From Antedon mediterranea (lineage: Eukaryota > Animalia > Echinodermata): a stretch of DNA of 64,000 bases. The DNA lies in NCBI RefSeq assembly GCF_964355755.1, contig NC_092679.1, positions 3,750,201 to 3,814,200 of the forward strand, read 5' to 3'. The stretch's first letter is position 1, and every line of letters starts with the position of its first letter. Of the stretch, positions 63,042-64,000 are shown piece after piece. Below the pieces are notes generated by a model. That model ran no database searches. It was given only the letters and a program-made list of their open reading frames with translations, and was not told the origin of the DNA. The position numbers and the translations under genes were made by a program.

Positions 63042-64000
63042 ATTGTTATTGTGTACAGTAATCTATCTAACAGAATTGACCATTGAATTACTTAACCATG
63101 TCAGGCCAGTCACGTTTTGACCAACAGTGACATCATTCATCCTGTTAAAATCTATACCATCACAGAAACTAATTTTGTCATAAAGTGACCATCCTTCATT
63201 TAAATTAAAACAATTGATGAGTTTAAATGTAATGACCATGATTACTGACCAACTAGTTTAATTAAATTCATAAATGGCTAATAATTGCATTTTAATTTTC
63301 AATGGTAACTAAAGTCAACGTTCTGACATCAATACAGTTTCTATGAATTCTCTCCCGAAACTTGATAGTTTGGATGACAAATATTGTTGAATTTATAAAA
63401 TATTCATAGTATTATTATTAGTAGACTGTTAATTATTTATGGTTCATTAGAAATAATTGGCAAAAAAGATACTTGAAAACATGTATACAGTATTGAAAAC
63501 CATCGATATACTTTTGTCATTCTAAGAATTTTGTCTAAAGTAAATGTCTGTCAAACCAAGTAGAAGAAGTTTAAAATAATACAGTGACTGAGAAGTTTAG
63601 TTACAGCTACAGGCCTGTGGCTGTATTCACCATTCACACTCACAATTACAGTATACAGTACTCATATTACATAAACTTGTGTGCGAATTTAGCCTAATTT
63701 AGGTGGTGGGACAATACTAGCGGATAGGATTACTGTATACTTACTGTAGTCATATGGTTATACAGATAAGTATACTTTTAAATGTTGTCGTAATCACAAA
63801 CATTGTAAGTAAAATTCGGCACCAAAAAAATTGTGAAATAGACAGTTTGTAATTGAGATGTTTGTCACGATTTTAAACAGGTTACCGGTTTTATTGCGTA
63901 GTAGTCGTTTTGTACAGGAAATATGAAATCCAAGACTTGATGGTTAATAGCAGTATGGACTGTAACAAGTCCCTTGGTGATTTGTGTCCAACTGGTATAG

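Overview
AT-rich, intron-rich eukaryotic (invertebrate animal) genomic DNA; there are no prokaryotic features. Two spliced genes converge tail-to-tail. On the + strand is the 3' part of RALGAPB (Ral GTPase-activating protein beta; about 23 exons, 268-15983). On the - strand is the 3' part of a kindlin/fermitin gene (8 exons, 57741-44101, one GC-AG intron). Between them lies a nested repeat domain of about 23 kb: a palindromic ~190-bp tandem repeat hosting a ~20-kb GACT/TTAGGCGATT satellite with higher-order structure, a LINE 3' fragment and a 2.2-kb Helentron-type non-autonomous element. A kindlin intron carries a 3.45-kb Academ (AcademX-type) DNA transposon relic. It has a spliced but broken XPG-nuclease/Cys-finger ORF and ~750-bp inverted repeats that have captured the ORF's own 3' end. 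Many MITEs, HINEs, tRNA-derived SINE heads and minisatellites are also present. The most notable inferences are a 9-nt candidate neural microexon in RALGAPB, the template-switch TIR extension in the Academ element, the satellite architecture with CpG-decay variants, and a possible readthrough context at the RALGAPB stop. All calls were made by eye; no database searches were run.
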